Below, in pieces: positions 14,900-26,201 of a stretch of 64,000 bases of DNA. The notes beneath the pieces are model-generated. The model saw nothing but the letters and a program-made list of their open reading frames with translations. It was not told the origin of the DNA and did not search any database. The translations under genes were made by a program, and so were the position numbers. Source of the DNA: the human T2T-CHM13v2.0 reference genome, Homo sapiens. Where the stretch lies: assembly GCF_009914755.1 (NCBI RefSeq), contig NC_060933.1; one strand, written 5' to 3'. Position 1 is the first letter of the stretch; each line of letters opens with the position of its first letter.

Positions 14900-15190
14900 A
14901 GAAGGCTGCCAAATTAAATGTTTACATTAGCACAGCTGTATTGTAAAAACATTCTGCCCCCTGTGCTTTGTAATTATAAGATATTTCTGGACTGTGTATC
15001 TCTACAAAGTTTATCTCCACTGCCAAGAGTGTCTTGGCACGGAGCGACTGCAGTTTTTGGCAGCCAGGAGCTCTCCGCGCGGGCAGGATCTAAAATGGCT
15101 GCCAAGCGGCCTCCTGAAATGTCGCCGGCCTGGGCCCGCCTCACCAAGGGCAAAGGCCAACCCTGCTACCAAGGCAGGGTCTAAAGTCTG
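14900..15190. promoter_or_regulatory. Candidate enhancer: CpG-enriched, NFI/YY1/FOX/DR1 motifs
   Basis: 9 CpGs in 15040-15140; TGCCAA/TTGGCA at 14907, 15021, 15034, 15057, 15100; aaaatggctgcc 15092; TGTTTAC 14919; agggca-a-aggcca 15147. Confidence 0.5.
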
Positions 15191-15714
15191 TCTCACAGGA
15201 AGTCAAAATGTGTATTTCCCTCATAAATAAGACTTGGTACCACAACTTTTGTGTTGCAGTAGTTAAAGCTGCTTGAAAAACTAACTACAAAGGAATATTG
15301 GAATACTACCAGATAGAAAATGGTGACAAGGGGTCTTTTACGAAATTCTGCTGACCTCAACATTTCAATCACACATAATGCCCGCAATATTTTCTGCTGA
15401 TTAAAGAAACTCATTTAATTTGTGGGGAAAAAAAAATGTTAAAAAAAACCTCAACAAATTCTGACCATATTAAAACATACTACAGAGAAGCATGAGCAAA
15501 GCCAACACTTTCCCATTTGCAATGGCATGATTTTGACATAAACTTATAATCTCTATCAAAGCATACGTGTATGAAAAATGAAAACCAAAAAATTAATTTG
15601 TTTTCTTCTCATCCTTTAACAGGCTATGTTTGTCTTACAACATTAAAATAACATTAACAAAAGAAAACCTTTTCATACCTTTCTATGGCACAGGCCTCAA
15701 AATTTGAGGAATGA

Positions 15715-16595
15715 TCTCTCTTTTCCCGCCGTCCACTGCCCAAGATGTGGAAAGGAAAGAAGGCCAAGGGGAAGAAGGTGGCTCCGGCCCCTGCTGTCTT
15801 GAAGAAGCAGGAGGCCAAGAAAGTGGTCAACCCCCTGTTTGAGAAAAGGCCTAAGAATTTTGGCATTAGACAGGACATCCAGCCCAAAAGAGACCTCGCC
15901 CGCTTTGTGAAATGGCCCCGCTATAGCAGGTTGCAGCGGCAGAGAGTCATCCTCTATAAGCGACTGAAAATGCCTCCTGCGATTAACCAGTTCACCCAGG
16001 ACCTGGACCACCAAACAGCTACTCAGCTGCTTAAGCTGCCCCACAAGTACAGACCAGAGACAAAGCAAGAGAAGAAGCAGAGGCTGTTGGCCCGGGCGGA
16101 GAAGAAAGCGCCGGCAAAGGGGACCTCCCCACTAAGAACACCTGTCCTTCAAGCAGGAGTTAACACCATCACCACCTTGGTGTAGAATAAGAAAGCTCAG
16201 TTGGTGGTGATTGCATACAACATGGATCCCATCGAGCTGGTTGTCTTCCTGCCTGCCCTGTGTCGTAAAATGGGGGTCCCTTACTGCAATAACAAGGGGA
16301 AGACAAGACTGGGACATCTAATCCACAGGAAGACCTGCACCACTGCTGCCTTCATACAGGTTAACTCAGAAGACAAAGGGGCTTTGGTTAAGCTGGTGGT
16401 AGCTATCAGAACCAATTACAACGACAGAGCCAATGAGATCCGTCATCACTGGGGAGGCAATGTCCTGGGTCCCAAGCCTGTGGCTTACACTGCCAAGCTC
16501 AAAAGGCAAAAGCTAAAGAACTTGCCACCAAACTGGGTTAAATGTACACTGTTGAGTTTTCTGTACATAAAAATAATACAAATTTCCCTTCAAAA
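15715..16595 (+). pseudogene. RPL7A: Processed pseudogene of 60S ribosomal protein L7a (eL8)
   Basis: Intronless copy: pyrimidine-rich TOP-like 5'UTR, ATG 15745 ([18 protein letters not shown]...[10 protein letters not shown]...[20 protein letters not shown]...WGGNVLGPK), native TAA 16539-16541, 3'UTR and short A tail. Lesions: offsetting frameshifts ~16108-16140, GAG>TAG at 16183-16185, -1 frameshift ~16501. Degenerate TSD aaaatttgaggaat (15699-15712) / aacatctgaggaat (16596-16609). Symbol is that of the parent gene. Confidence 0.97.
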
Positions 16596-16702
16596 AACAT
16601 CTGAGGAATTAACTATGTCTGTGGCATAAAACTGAAAAAAACCGAGATCAGATACATAGTCTCTGTGAGTGAGTTCCAAGGGCTGACCAAAGGAACAAAA
16701 AT

Positions 16703-17110
16703 TGGAAGGAAGGGAGGGGAGGGGAGGGGGAAAAAAGAAGGGAGGAAGGAAGGGGGAAGGAAGGAGGGAGGGAGGGAGGAAAGGAAGGAAGGAAGGAAGG
16801 AAGGAAGGAAGGAAAGGGAGGAAATGAAGGGAGGGAAAGGAGGGTGAGAGGGAGGGAGGGAAGGAAGGGAGGGAGGGAGGGGAGGAAATGAAGGGAGGAA
16901 AAGGAGAAAATGAAAGGAAGGGAAGGGAAGGAAGGGAGAGAGGAAGGGAGGGAGGAAAGGAAGGAGAGGAGGGAGGGAAAGCAGGGAAGGAAGGAAGAAA
17001 GGGAGGGAGAGAGGGAGGGAGGGAGGGAGGGAGGGAGGGAAAGCAGGGTGGGAGGGAGGGAAAGAAGAAAGGAAGGGGAATGAAAACGTGGGAGGGAGGA
17101 AATGATGGAG
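16703..17110 (+). repeat. GA-rich polypurine low-complexity tract ((GGAA)n/(GGGA)n)
   Basis: About 400 bp, almost exclusively G and A. Confidence 0.97.
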
Positions 17111-17706
17111 ACACTGCATGGAACTAAAAATACATACTGATTTGTTCATAGTAGGAATATAAAAAACACTTGAAGAATTAAAAATACTTCATAAGTACAC
17201 CTTCATAAGTACGATATATACACAAGGTATATATTGTCTCTGTCCTTTTTTTCTCTGTTAAACTTAAATCCCAGCTAACAGGCTATGTTCACAGCAGCCA
17301 AATACTGCATAATGAGGTCAGTGGATTTTTCTTTGAGACTGTTCCGCAAGTTTAAGCTCAGGTTGAGAGACACATTAGGCCTGGTGTACTCCTGTAATCA
17401 TCATTGGCAGTGATTACTGTTTGGTAATCTAAGCTTCAACTGAATCCAACATTCTTGCCTCTGCTGAAAGATAATTCAGAGGTGAAAGATGAATTCCATA
17501 ATGCTGACACAAACTGGTGGTATTCATCATAGTGCTTATTCACTGAATGCCCATTCTAGCTTGAATTATATGTCCACACACTCAGCAGAGCCACACCAAT
17601 ATTGTTTACTTAATTTTTTTAAGTCTCCATTTTAGGAGAAGAAAATCTAATGTCTCTTTAATCGTATATTTTGAATAATGTCTATTCTCCAGTAGTCACC
17701 TGAAAA

Positions 17707-17732
17707 ACACACACACACACACACACACACAC
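17707..17732 (+). repeat. (AC)13 microsatellite
   Basis: Pure AC run. Confidence 0.97.
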
Positions 17733-17953
17733 TTTTCCTGGACCTTTTTACAGCAGAATAATTTCTCAGCATTATTAATTATGTTTCTGCGTAAAAGACA
17801 TTTAGGGACTTTTATCCTTTGTTTAATTAGTTATCAAAATAATCAGTCACACAGCTATTTAATAATGGACCACTCTTAACAGACAGGTGAAACAGAGTGG
17901 TTGTGTTCAAAAAATATTTCTAGTTCACTAGTAACTTACTAACTCTCTCTCTC

Positions 17954-18243
17954 TTTTTTTTTTTTTTCTTCTTTGAGATGGAATCTCACTCTGCCACTCA
18001 GGTGCAGTGGTATGATCTCGGCTCACTCGCAACCTCCGCCTCCCAAGGTTCAAACAATCCTCCCACCTCGGCCTCTTGAGTATCTAGGACCACAGATGCA
18101 CCTGGCTAATTTTTTTGTATTTTTGGTAGAGACAGGGTTTCACCATGCTGCCCAGGCTGGTCTCAAACTCCTGAGCTCAAGCAATCTTCCTGCCTCGGCC
18201 TCGCAAACTGCTGGGATTACAGGTGTGAGCCAAGCACCTGGCC
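17954..18243 (-). mobile_element. Alu (AluJ-like)
   Basis: T tail, Alu consensus in reverse, TSD cttactaac(t/a)ctct at 17935 and 18244. Confidence 0.93.
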
Positions 18244-18804
18244 CTTACTAACACTCTTAAAACTTGAGCTAATTTCTTTCCTTTCATGAGATTTTATGGT
18301 CTGACACTGCTGACTTATTACCTTTTCTTCCTTGAGAGTTTCCAAATACTAAAACAACAATCTGCTCAACAAACAGAAGAATTCGATAAATGTTGATTGA
18401 CCATCTAGTACCTGCAAAGAGACCCTATGCTATCATATACAGAGTTATGAGATTCAGACAACATGCTTTACAAAAAAAAAAAAAAAAAAAAAAAAAACCT
18501 AAGGGATGGTTTCAGATTTTGCCTGTGTCTTAGTTTCAGTCATGTTTGGTATATATTGCCAAGTAGCTATATTTTATATCCCCAACTAGAATACAAGTTT
18601 TTGGAGATCATGCTCTATGTCTTACTGACTGCACAAGACAGTGCAACGCATATAAAATTGTCACCTACAAATGAAAGGATTCCAGTGAGGCTAAATGGTG
18701 ATTAGCTGTGTAAAACCCCACTATTCCATACATTGTATGTGCTTACAATGTTAGCTTATCCTCCTCTTAGCAGCAAATATCTTCTAGGTGAACAGTAATA
18801 AAAT

Positions 18805-19030
18805 AATAGTAAGGCTAACAGTCATTGAGTATTTGTTTACATGTCCAATACTGTTCTCAATATTACGGTATCCATAGATTTCGTCCTTGCGATAACACTA
18901 AGGGATGCTATTATTATTCCCATTTTCAGATGAGAAAACTTGCCTAAGGCTATCCAACTAATAACTGAAAAAGCCAGGAATTAAACCCAAGCCAAACTGA
19001 CCCCAGAATCCAAACTAAATTACTGTCTTC
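18805..19030 (-). mobile_element. MIR
   Basis: Core ctattattattcccattttcagatgagaaaact. Confidence 0.8.
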
Positions 19031-22000
19031 CCAAATTAGAGGTGTCACCACTGGACAGAAAAAGAGATACAGTCCAGGTAGAGGTTGCACCTCTGCAATT
19101 ACAGGGCTCCTTAGTCAATTTTTTCTAATTTTTGACACATACCTTCCCAATTTTCCTGGCAAAAGCCTCCCTTGAGTGGAGGCCACTGACTGTGGGGAGT
19201 TTATGTTGTGGTTTGGTAATGTGTACAAACTGGGAGGAGGATGAGACCAGAAAACCCCTTTTGCCCATAGCATGCCACAAATTGAGGACTAAGTCAGTGC
19301 ATGCTGCTGACAGGCAAAGGGCCAGCTCGGCATGAGCAGCTCCGTGCAGGGACTGCATGTGACACCAGACACCATTTTCAAAGCCACTACCTTCCTCCTT
19401 CCCCACAAACCTCTTCATCTCCCACCAAAGTCCTGAAGCTTCACCACAGGATCAAGTAATCCCCCTCTAAGCCACATCTCGTAAATGAGAGTCTAATTTC
19501 TCCCACGTGTCATTTTTCACATGAATGTTACTACGGTCTTGGCTGTACTTAACCAGAGTTCAAGGTCTGATGGTTTATCTACAGAGACAACATGACCACA
19601 GAGAAGAGCCCGTTTCCATTGCCACCTGAAAGACAGATCCACCAACACAATGTTCACCACTTTCTCACACAGGGCTAAATGAGACTCAAGGAAAGAGCCC
19701 AAGGTCAAACATTTCCTTGGTTGAATTTAGGTGGTGGGTTCCCATACAGAGCACAGCACCATCAGATTCACAAGGCCAAATGCCTCAGCATGATGACTTG
19801 AAAAGATGACAAGCTGCACACAATGTTCAAAATCTAAATTCAAAGGTCACTTCCCACTCCCTAAATAGTTTTATACCCCAAAAGTCATTTTAGAATCATC
19901 TTTCCACTTTTATTCCATATTTGTAATCTGATTTTAATGACCTCAGGGTAGGCCATTTTTTTAAACTCCAGACAGGTTCTAATTCATCTATACAACAAAG
20001 CAATACGTGGTGTTAAAAAAAAGACTAAGAGAGTAAATCGATACGTGTTCAGTGTAGTGGCAGTTTAGATTTTTTTTCTTTCAATTGGCAATCCTTCCGA
20101 CATCAAGGTTAAATTGTACTAAAAAAGAAAAAAATTACACCTCATTCCAAATTTGCTAATTCAAGAAGAACTGAATTATTCTCACGTCTACTTGTGGCAA
20201 AACAAGAAATTACTTTATGTCTCAAATGTGAGTATGAATTACGACTAAATTCATAAAAACAGACGTGACTTAAGTTTTTATTTTACTACTTTGAAGTTGT
20301 AATGTGTTCATTTTCCTGGTATTTTTACTTAAAAGAGCTTTTTTTTTTTTTTCCTTAAGGACTCTTCACAAGTACTTTTGATAGAGTGGTATAAAATTAT
20401 CCTATTCCAATGACCATAATATGAAAATCATTTTGCCAAAAAACATCCTGGAAGTTTCCCTCATTTTAGGTACTTGGGATTATTCTCATAAACTGAGGAC
20501 CATTCAACAATGTTTTGAAGATATACAGTATTCTATTCAGAGGACAAAGCATATATTCAAAAAAATGCAAAAATATTCATCTTTTCTCAAACAACTCCAG
20601 TATTAAATTCATCTAGACCCACTGATTCACTCAGTCTTTTTTTTAAGTTTAGTTTCCAATATGATATTATTTCTGCCCTCATCTCTTCCTTGCAACACCC
20701 CACCCATAAGGGAAAAGAAGAAACAGTCAGAGATGAAAGAACAACAAAAATGTACACAAAAATGAAATGTTTTCTGATAAGTAGCATGTCAGAGTAAACA
20801 AGTTATTTTTTTCCACTATCACTTTCTTACATGATCTACAGCAAAATTATGTTGCCTCTGTCTTATGAATCATCAATACATCACAGCCCAGCCTTTTTCA
20901 TATATAGTGGGAAAAATGCTGCAGATTATAACTACTGTTTCTGACATGGAGATATTTTTAATTCATTTTTATGACATGCTTATGTTCTTTTCATCACTGA
21001 ATAATTGCTCGTTTCCAATACTAAGCTGGTATTTCTTTAAAGTTCACGTAATTGCACTACTGGTAACTTTAGGATTTGGAAGGAAAAGGATCACAATCGA
21101 TAAGCAAATGCAATGACGGGCACTGACAAAGACTCAACATTTATTAGAAGGCAATTGCTAGAGAATGTGGCTTTAATTGTGCATACATATTTTTATTCAT
21201 TAAGATGAATAACCAATAAAATCCCACACTATGGTGTCCCAGCCTCATAACACATTAATAAAGTTTCTTAAAGGTTTTGGCAGGGGGCCAGCACAGTCCA
21301 TTAACTCTTTGCAAGTTGTAAAAAGAAGTAAAGTCATTTCAGTTTGTTTTGTGGTTATGAATGAAACAGCAGGCAGCCTGTATGGAAACGTCACTTTGGA
21401 TATGGTATTGGTAATGGACGCTTTGCTGCGCAATCAGAACAGTGTGGGGAGAAGTTAATGCATCCTACCACAACCCAAGCCCAGACGCACTGAAAAGCTA
21501 ATTTACTTAAAAGTGGAGGGAAAAGAGCAGAGGACTACAAGTTTGGAAGATCTATTTATTTTGCTAATAGGCTGTCACACTGCCTCTGGGTAAACTTGCC
21601 CACTGTGAAACCCAAAAGTACAGGATACATTTTAAATGACTAGAACTGCTTTTCCTGATTATTTTTTTTTTTCCTAAAAAAAACCTGGTTGCTTAGGCAT
21701 TCACTTGGTGAGGGCTGGATCATAAATTACAAAAATGCTTTTTATTTAATACAAGAAGCAAAATTCTATCCTTTCTACGTTTTTGTTTTACATACTTGAA
21801 TTAAGTCATATAAATAACTACAACAATTGGTAGCTATGTATTTGTCTCCGACTTTGCCTAACAATTTGAATTGAAGCGCTACACATCTCCCCAAAGCTTT
21901 ACAATGCCATCTGTTCTCATTTTTCATGACACTACAAACATTTTCCTTTGGAAAAAGGATTCTGTATTTTGCTTCCTTTTTAGAATGAAAACTGGAAAAC

Positions 22001-22700
22001 TTGAATGAAACTAAATATATAGAGAGGCATCCAAGTTGTACGTGTAAAGTAGTAAATGTAGAGGGTATTTAAAACATTTTTTGTGGTTAAGATCTCTACC
22101 CTTTTCATCTGTTCCACTCTAGAGATAAAAGTTCTTTTTTACTTTAAGATTTTTGCAAAAAATAATTCAAAACTTTAAAAATAACGAAAAATGAACTTAA
22201 AAAGTGATTAAAACCCTTGAGTTTGAGAACACCAAAAAAAACAGAATTGCTTTACAAATTGTTTTTGGCACTTCACTTACGAAGAAAATACGCTAAAATG
22301 TAAGTATACATACACACATGTGCACACTCACACAAACACACACCCACACCCCTCCATTAATCCCTAACCAAATATAAATAGCATCGTTAGTCAATTACTT
22401 CTGATGGTTAAAACCACAAATTGGTTACAATGATCTGTCACTTTATATGGCCAAATAATAAAACTTCAAGCAGAAGAGATGATTACTATAAGTACAATAG
22501 AAAACATCATTCACTGTTTTAATTTGTTTTGAATTTTTACTGGAAAAAAACAGAAAGAAAATTTTTAACTTTCAAATGTAAACATTCATCACTGAGTCCT
22601 AAAAAAACTTCCCATTTCAAATTTCATTTGTGTCAGTGCTAATATGTATCAAAATAGCCGCATCTCTTGTACACTGTGGATTTTCTGGGAAGTTACTCAC

Positions 22701-22829
22701 CTTTGATTATAGGAAAGTAAAGGAAAGTCTAATTAATAGGTTGAAACCGTACTGAATTTCTGCTTCTCTGTATACATGATCATTTTTGTCTCTGTTTGGA
22801 CTGAAAGCCAGATACTCAACAATCATTCC
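22701..22829 (-). other. Candidate non-coding/poison cassette exon
   Basis: Acceptor ctttaaatttttag|GG, consensus donor AAG|GTGAGT; 129 nt with stops in all three frames. Confidence 0.3.
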
Positions 22830-24529
22830 CTAAAAATTTAAAGTATTAATTACATACATGTATTTGTACAATGTTAAGTATCACTGCAACCTGGAAAAAC
22901 TTGCGGTAAAATTAAAATTTTTCATTTCAAAACAACAGTGCTCTTAGCTTAATCCTCTACAATATTGTATTCAAAAATAGTTTTTCTGTGTGATTAACAG
23001 TAATATTACCTGGGCTATTTTTAAAATCTGGAATTAGAATTCAATTTTAAAAACTGCACTCAAAAAACATCCTGGATTCAGATATGAATGGACCTGGGAA
23101 GTTTCTTAAAAGAAATACATTTTATCCTAGATCGATAGTAAGAAACAGCAAGGAAATGCACAGAAACAGGATATAGGGAATACATAAATTGGGTCTACAC
23201 TGGTTAAGAAACAAAGTTAAAAAAATAATTCTACTCACTTTAAAATGACACTGTGCTGAAAAATAATGAGAATAGATAAAAGCTTTGACCACTCCCATTG
23301 TCTACCTTAAAAAAATACTAGTATAGTTACTCAAGGCACGGAACTGGACAAACTGCAATTTGAATCCAGAAGACAGAATCCAGAGCCAGGGACAAAACAA
23401 GTCAAAGGAGTTGGTGACCAGGGCAATGGCCAGAAGTTTACCCGTTTATATCAGATTCTGTGCCATCCACCCTGCGGGGCCGTCTGAGCTGTGCTTCCCC
23501 AGCTGGTGGGCCCCTCCACGTCAGCCCTCTCGTAGACTCCAAAAGGAAATCAGAGTTGAACAGTATAGCATATTGTTATTAAAAGTGATTTGAGTTGTGA
23601 CATGAATATTGTACTTTCAATAAAGGAGGTATACACTTTAGAAAGCTCTTCAGCCTCTAGAAAGAATAGACATTTAAAAGATTAAAGCGTTTAAAGAATG
23701 ATCTCTCCACTGACCAGAATACCCACATCAAAATAATGTACCACTGGGTTTTATTGGTAGCTGCAATTTAGCCCATATGAAATGGAATATGGCCTTAGTG
23801 TTAATGCAAATACGTTGCCATTTATCATAAAATAAGTGTCATCTCTAAAGGTAACTGGACTTTCCTTAAAAATGAACCATTCTAACATGAAAGAGGCATA
23901 AATTAATAAATCCCTGAGAAAGCCTAGCCTACGGCTGTAAGGAACATCTAACTGCTTAACTGGGCAACCAAAAGACTCATACAAATAATTAGAATACTTA
24001 TTTCCAATTGATGAAAGCAAAACTACTCCAATTCACATTAAGGTTGATGAGTCACATAAACCACTCACTGACTTAATTTTACTTAGAAATTGCTCATGCA
24101 CTTTTGTTGCTTTCCTGGAAGGTTATACAAATGATTATATACTCATTTAATTATTAAACTGAATGATCTCCTTAAGGGCAACATTAAACATACTAAAGTA
24201 CAGTACACCATGTCACAATGTGCTTAAGTATCCCTACTAAAAATAAAAATTAAAACAAGGTTAGAAAACAACTAACAACTAGGTTAAATTCAATCCAAAA
24301 TATAGATTTGGGAATTTCTAATAAAATTGTCCATATTGTTTGAATGGGTTCACCACTGAGTAATAGTGTGAATAATTTAGGTAATCATCTCAAAAGGTTA
24401 TAATTCCTCTGGGAAAAAAAAAAAACATGTTTAAAACTCTACACTTACAATATTTCACATAATATAATTAATAAATGTTTGCTAGATGATTGGATTTAAG
24501 TTATATGATAAAAAAATACTGCTCACACT

Positions 24530-24690
24530 TATAATGCTTTAAATGCTTTACAACTTACAAAACACTTTCACATAAGCCACCTTACGCTAACAACTGTGTT
24601 AGGTAGATATTACTATCCCCATTTCATAGATAAGGAAATTGAGGCTCACAGAGATTAAATGTTTTACCCAAGGTCATAGCCCTAGTAAAT
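24530..24690 (-). mobile_element. MIR
   Basis: tatccccatttcatagataaggaaattgaggctcacagagattaa. Confidence 0.8.
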
Positions 24691-25178
24691 TCACTGCTTA
24701 GAGAATAATTAGCTTAAGTTAAGATAACAGCTACTTCCTGCTTCCCCATTCCAGTCTCAGAGACACACAAACACAATATGCATCACATATAAAATGTGAT
24801 AAAATCAAAAATTATACATCAATCATGTTTATGCACTACATTATTTGCCTATTTCCATTCGTATTTTTGTAAGCGCTGTTTCTGAAAGGTAATATAGCAT
24901 ATAATTACACCTTTCTTTTTAAAATGCTATGATAATCTTCTCACTGCCTGGGAAGTTTCCATGGCAGAAAGACTGGGCACAGTCAGGTAACTGGTATTTC
25001 TTGATTACCATCCACCAGTAGGTTGATCTTTGGAAAGTTACTTATCTTTGGAAAGTTACCTATCCACCAGCAGGTTGATCTTTGGAAAGTTAACGCGGGC
25101 CCCCAGGTTCCTTGTTAGTCACATAAGGGATCTGTAATAAACACTTCCTAAGTCAGGTCCACCATCCATTCTCCACAG

Positions 25179-25362
25179 CAGTGGTTCTTAAGCTTTAACA
25201 TGCACAAGAATCACCCAGAGAGCTTGTCCTAACAGAGTTTCTGGCCCATCCTCAGAGATCTGATTTAATAGGTCCAGATAGGGCCCATGAATCTGCATTT
25301 CCCAGAAGCTCACAGGTCAGACCAGTGCTGCTGGTCGTGGGACCAAACTTTGGGAACCACTG
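25179..25362. mobile_element. MER5A hAT-Charlie MITE, full length
   Basis: TIRs cagtggttct...gaaccactg; 8-bp TSD ctccacag / ctacacag. Confidence 0.9.
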
Positions 25363-26055
25363 CTACACAGTAACATGGGAAACCGAAATACTTCAGAAAA
25401 TGAAAGTCTGATGTAGCTTCTCTCCAGAAGCCTTCAGTGGTTTCCCCATAGCCCTTAGCATAAAGTCCAAAGTGCTAAATGAATAACAGTATGTGGACAC
25501 CCAGGTCTCCACCCAGATGCATTGCTCAGGATCTCTTTCTGGGCCTTTCCTGATACCCCAAGCTGCTGGGCTGAGTTTTATGTCCCTCATCTGTGCTCTT
25601 AGGAAAATGTGTTCCCTGTGTCCTAAAACTGTAAGGAACTGTTATCACATGCTTCCTTGCCTCTGTTCTCAACATTCCAGAAGTGGTTTGTAAACATACC
25701 CCCAACTCCCACTGCTCCAAATTTAAGGGGGGAAGAGTCCCCTCATTTCACCTCACATCATTTTACTTAAGAATCGATGCCACCTTCGGGCTATGCATCA
25801 GGTCTCGTTTCCAATATTTCTAGCAGAGCCCTCCTCAACCCTTCTTTATTACTCCCCACTCTGCTCCCCAAATAGGCCACATCCTAGCCCCCCATTAATT
25901 CCCCTTCCTGAAGAAGCGACAGAGATAAGGAAAGCCCAAAGAGAGAACCTGCACTTCTCTGAGCACATCCCTGAATGAGGCACCAACTTCCCCTTCCCCA
26001 CCAGCCTGCTCTTCTCCTCACAGGTCCTGAGCATGCTCAAGGATCTCAAAGCACA

Positions 26056-26201
26056 CAGGGCCAGTGTCAGGAGCATGGACCCATGCAGTCACATAGAGCC
26101 CCACTTACGTGGTCCCCATGCTTGGCTTCATGCTCTTCTGTCACCATCTTGAAACTCTTAATTTTTGAACAAGAGGCCCACACATTAGGGAGCTGGTCCT
26201 G
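26056..26201. mobile_element. MER45A-like hAT-Tip100 MITE
   Basis: cagggcc...catcttgaaactcttaatttttgaacaagaggccc...agctggtcctg; degenerate 8-bp TSD aaagcaca / aaggcaaa. Confidence 0.75.

Noticed and set aside
15745-16629. Functional RPL7A gene
   Set aside because: No introns; premature stop, frameshifts, A tail and TSD mark a processed pseudogene.
16590-17149. 174- and 178-aa Pro/Ser/Phe-rich ORFs and their Gly/Arg/Glu-rich antisense ORFs
   Set aside because: Artefacts of the stop-free polypurine tract.
17187-17212. 12-bp direct repeat cttcataagtac
   Set aside because: Ordinary short slippage duplication.
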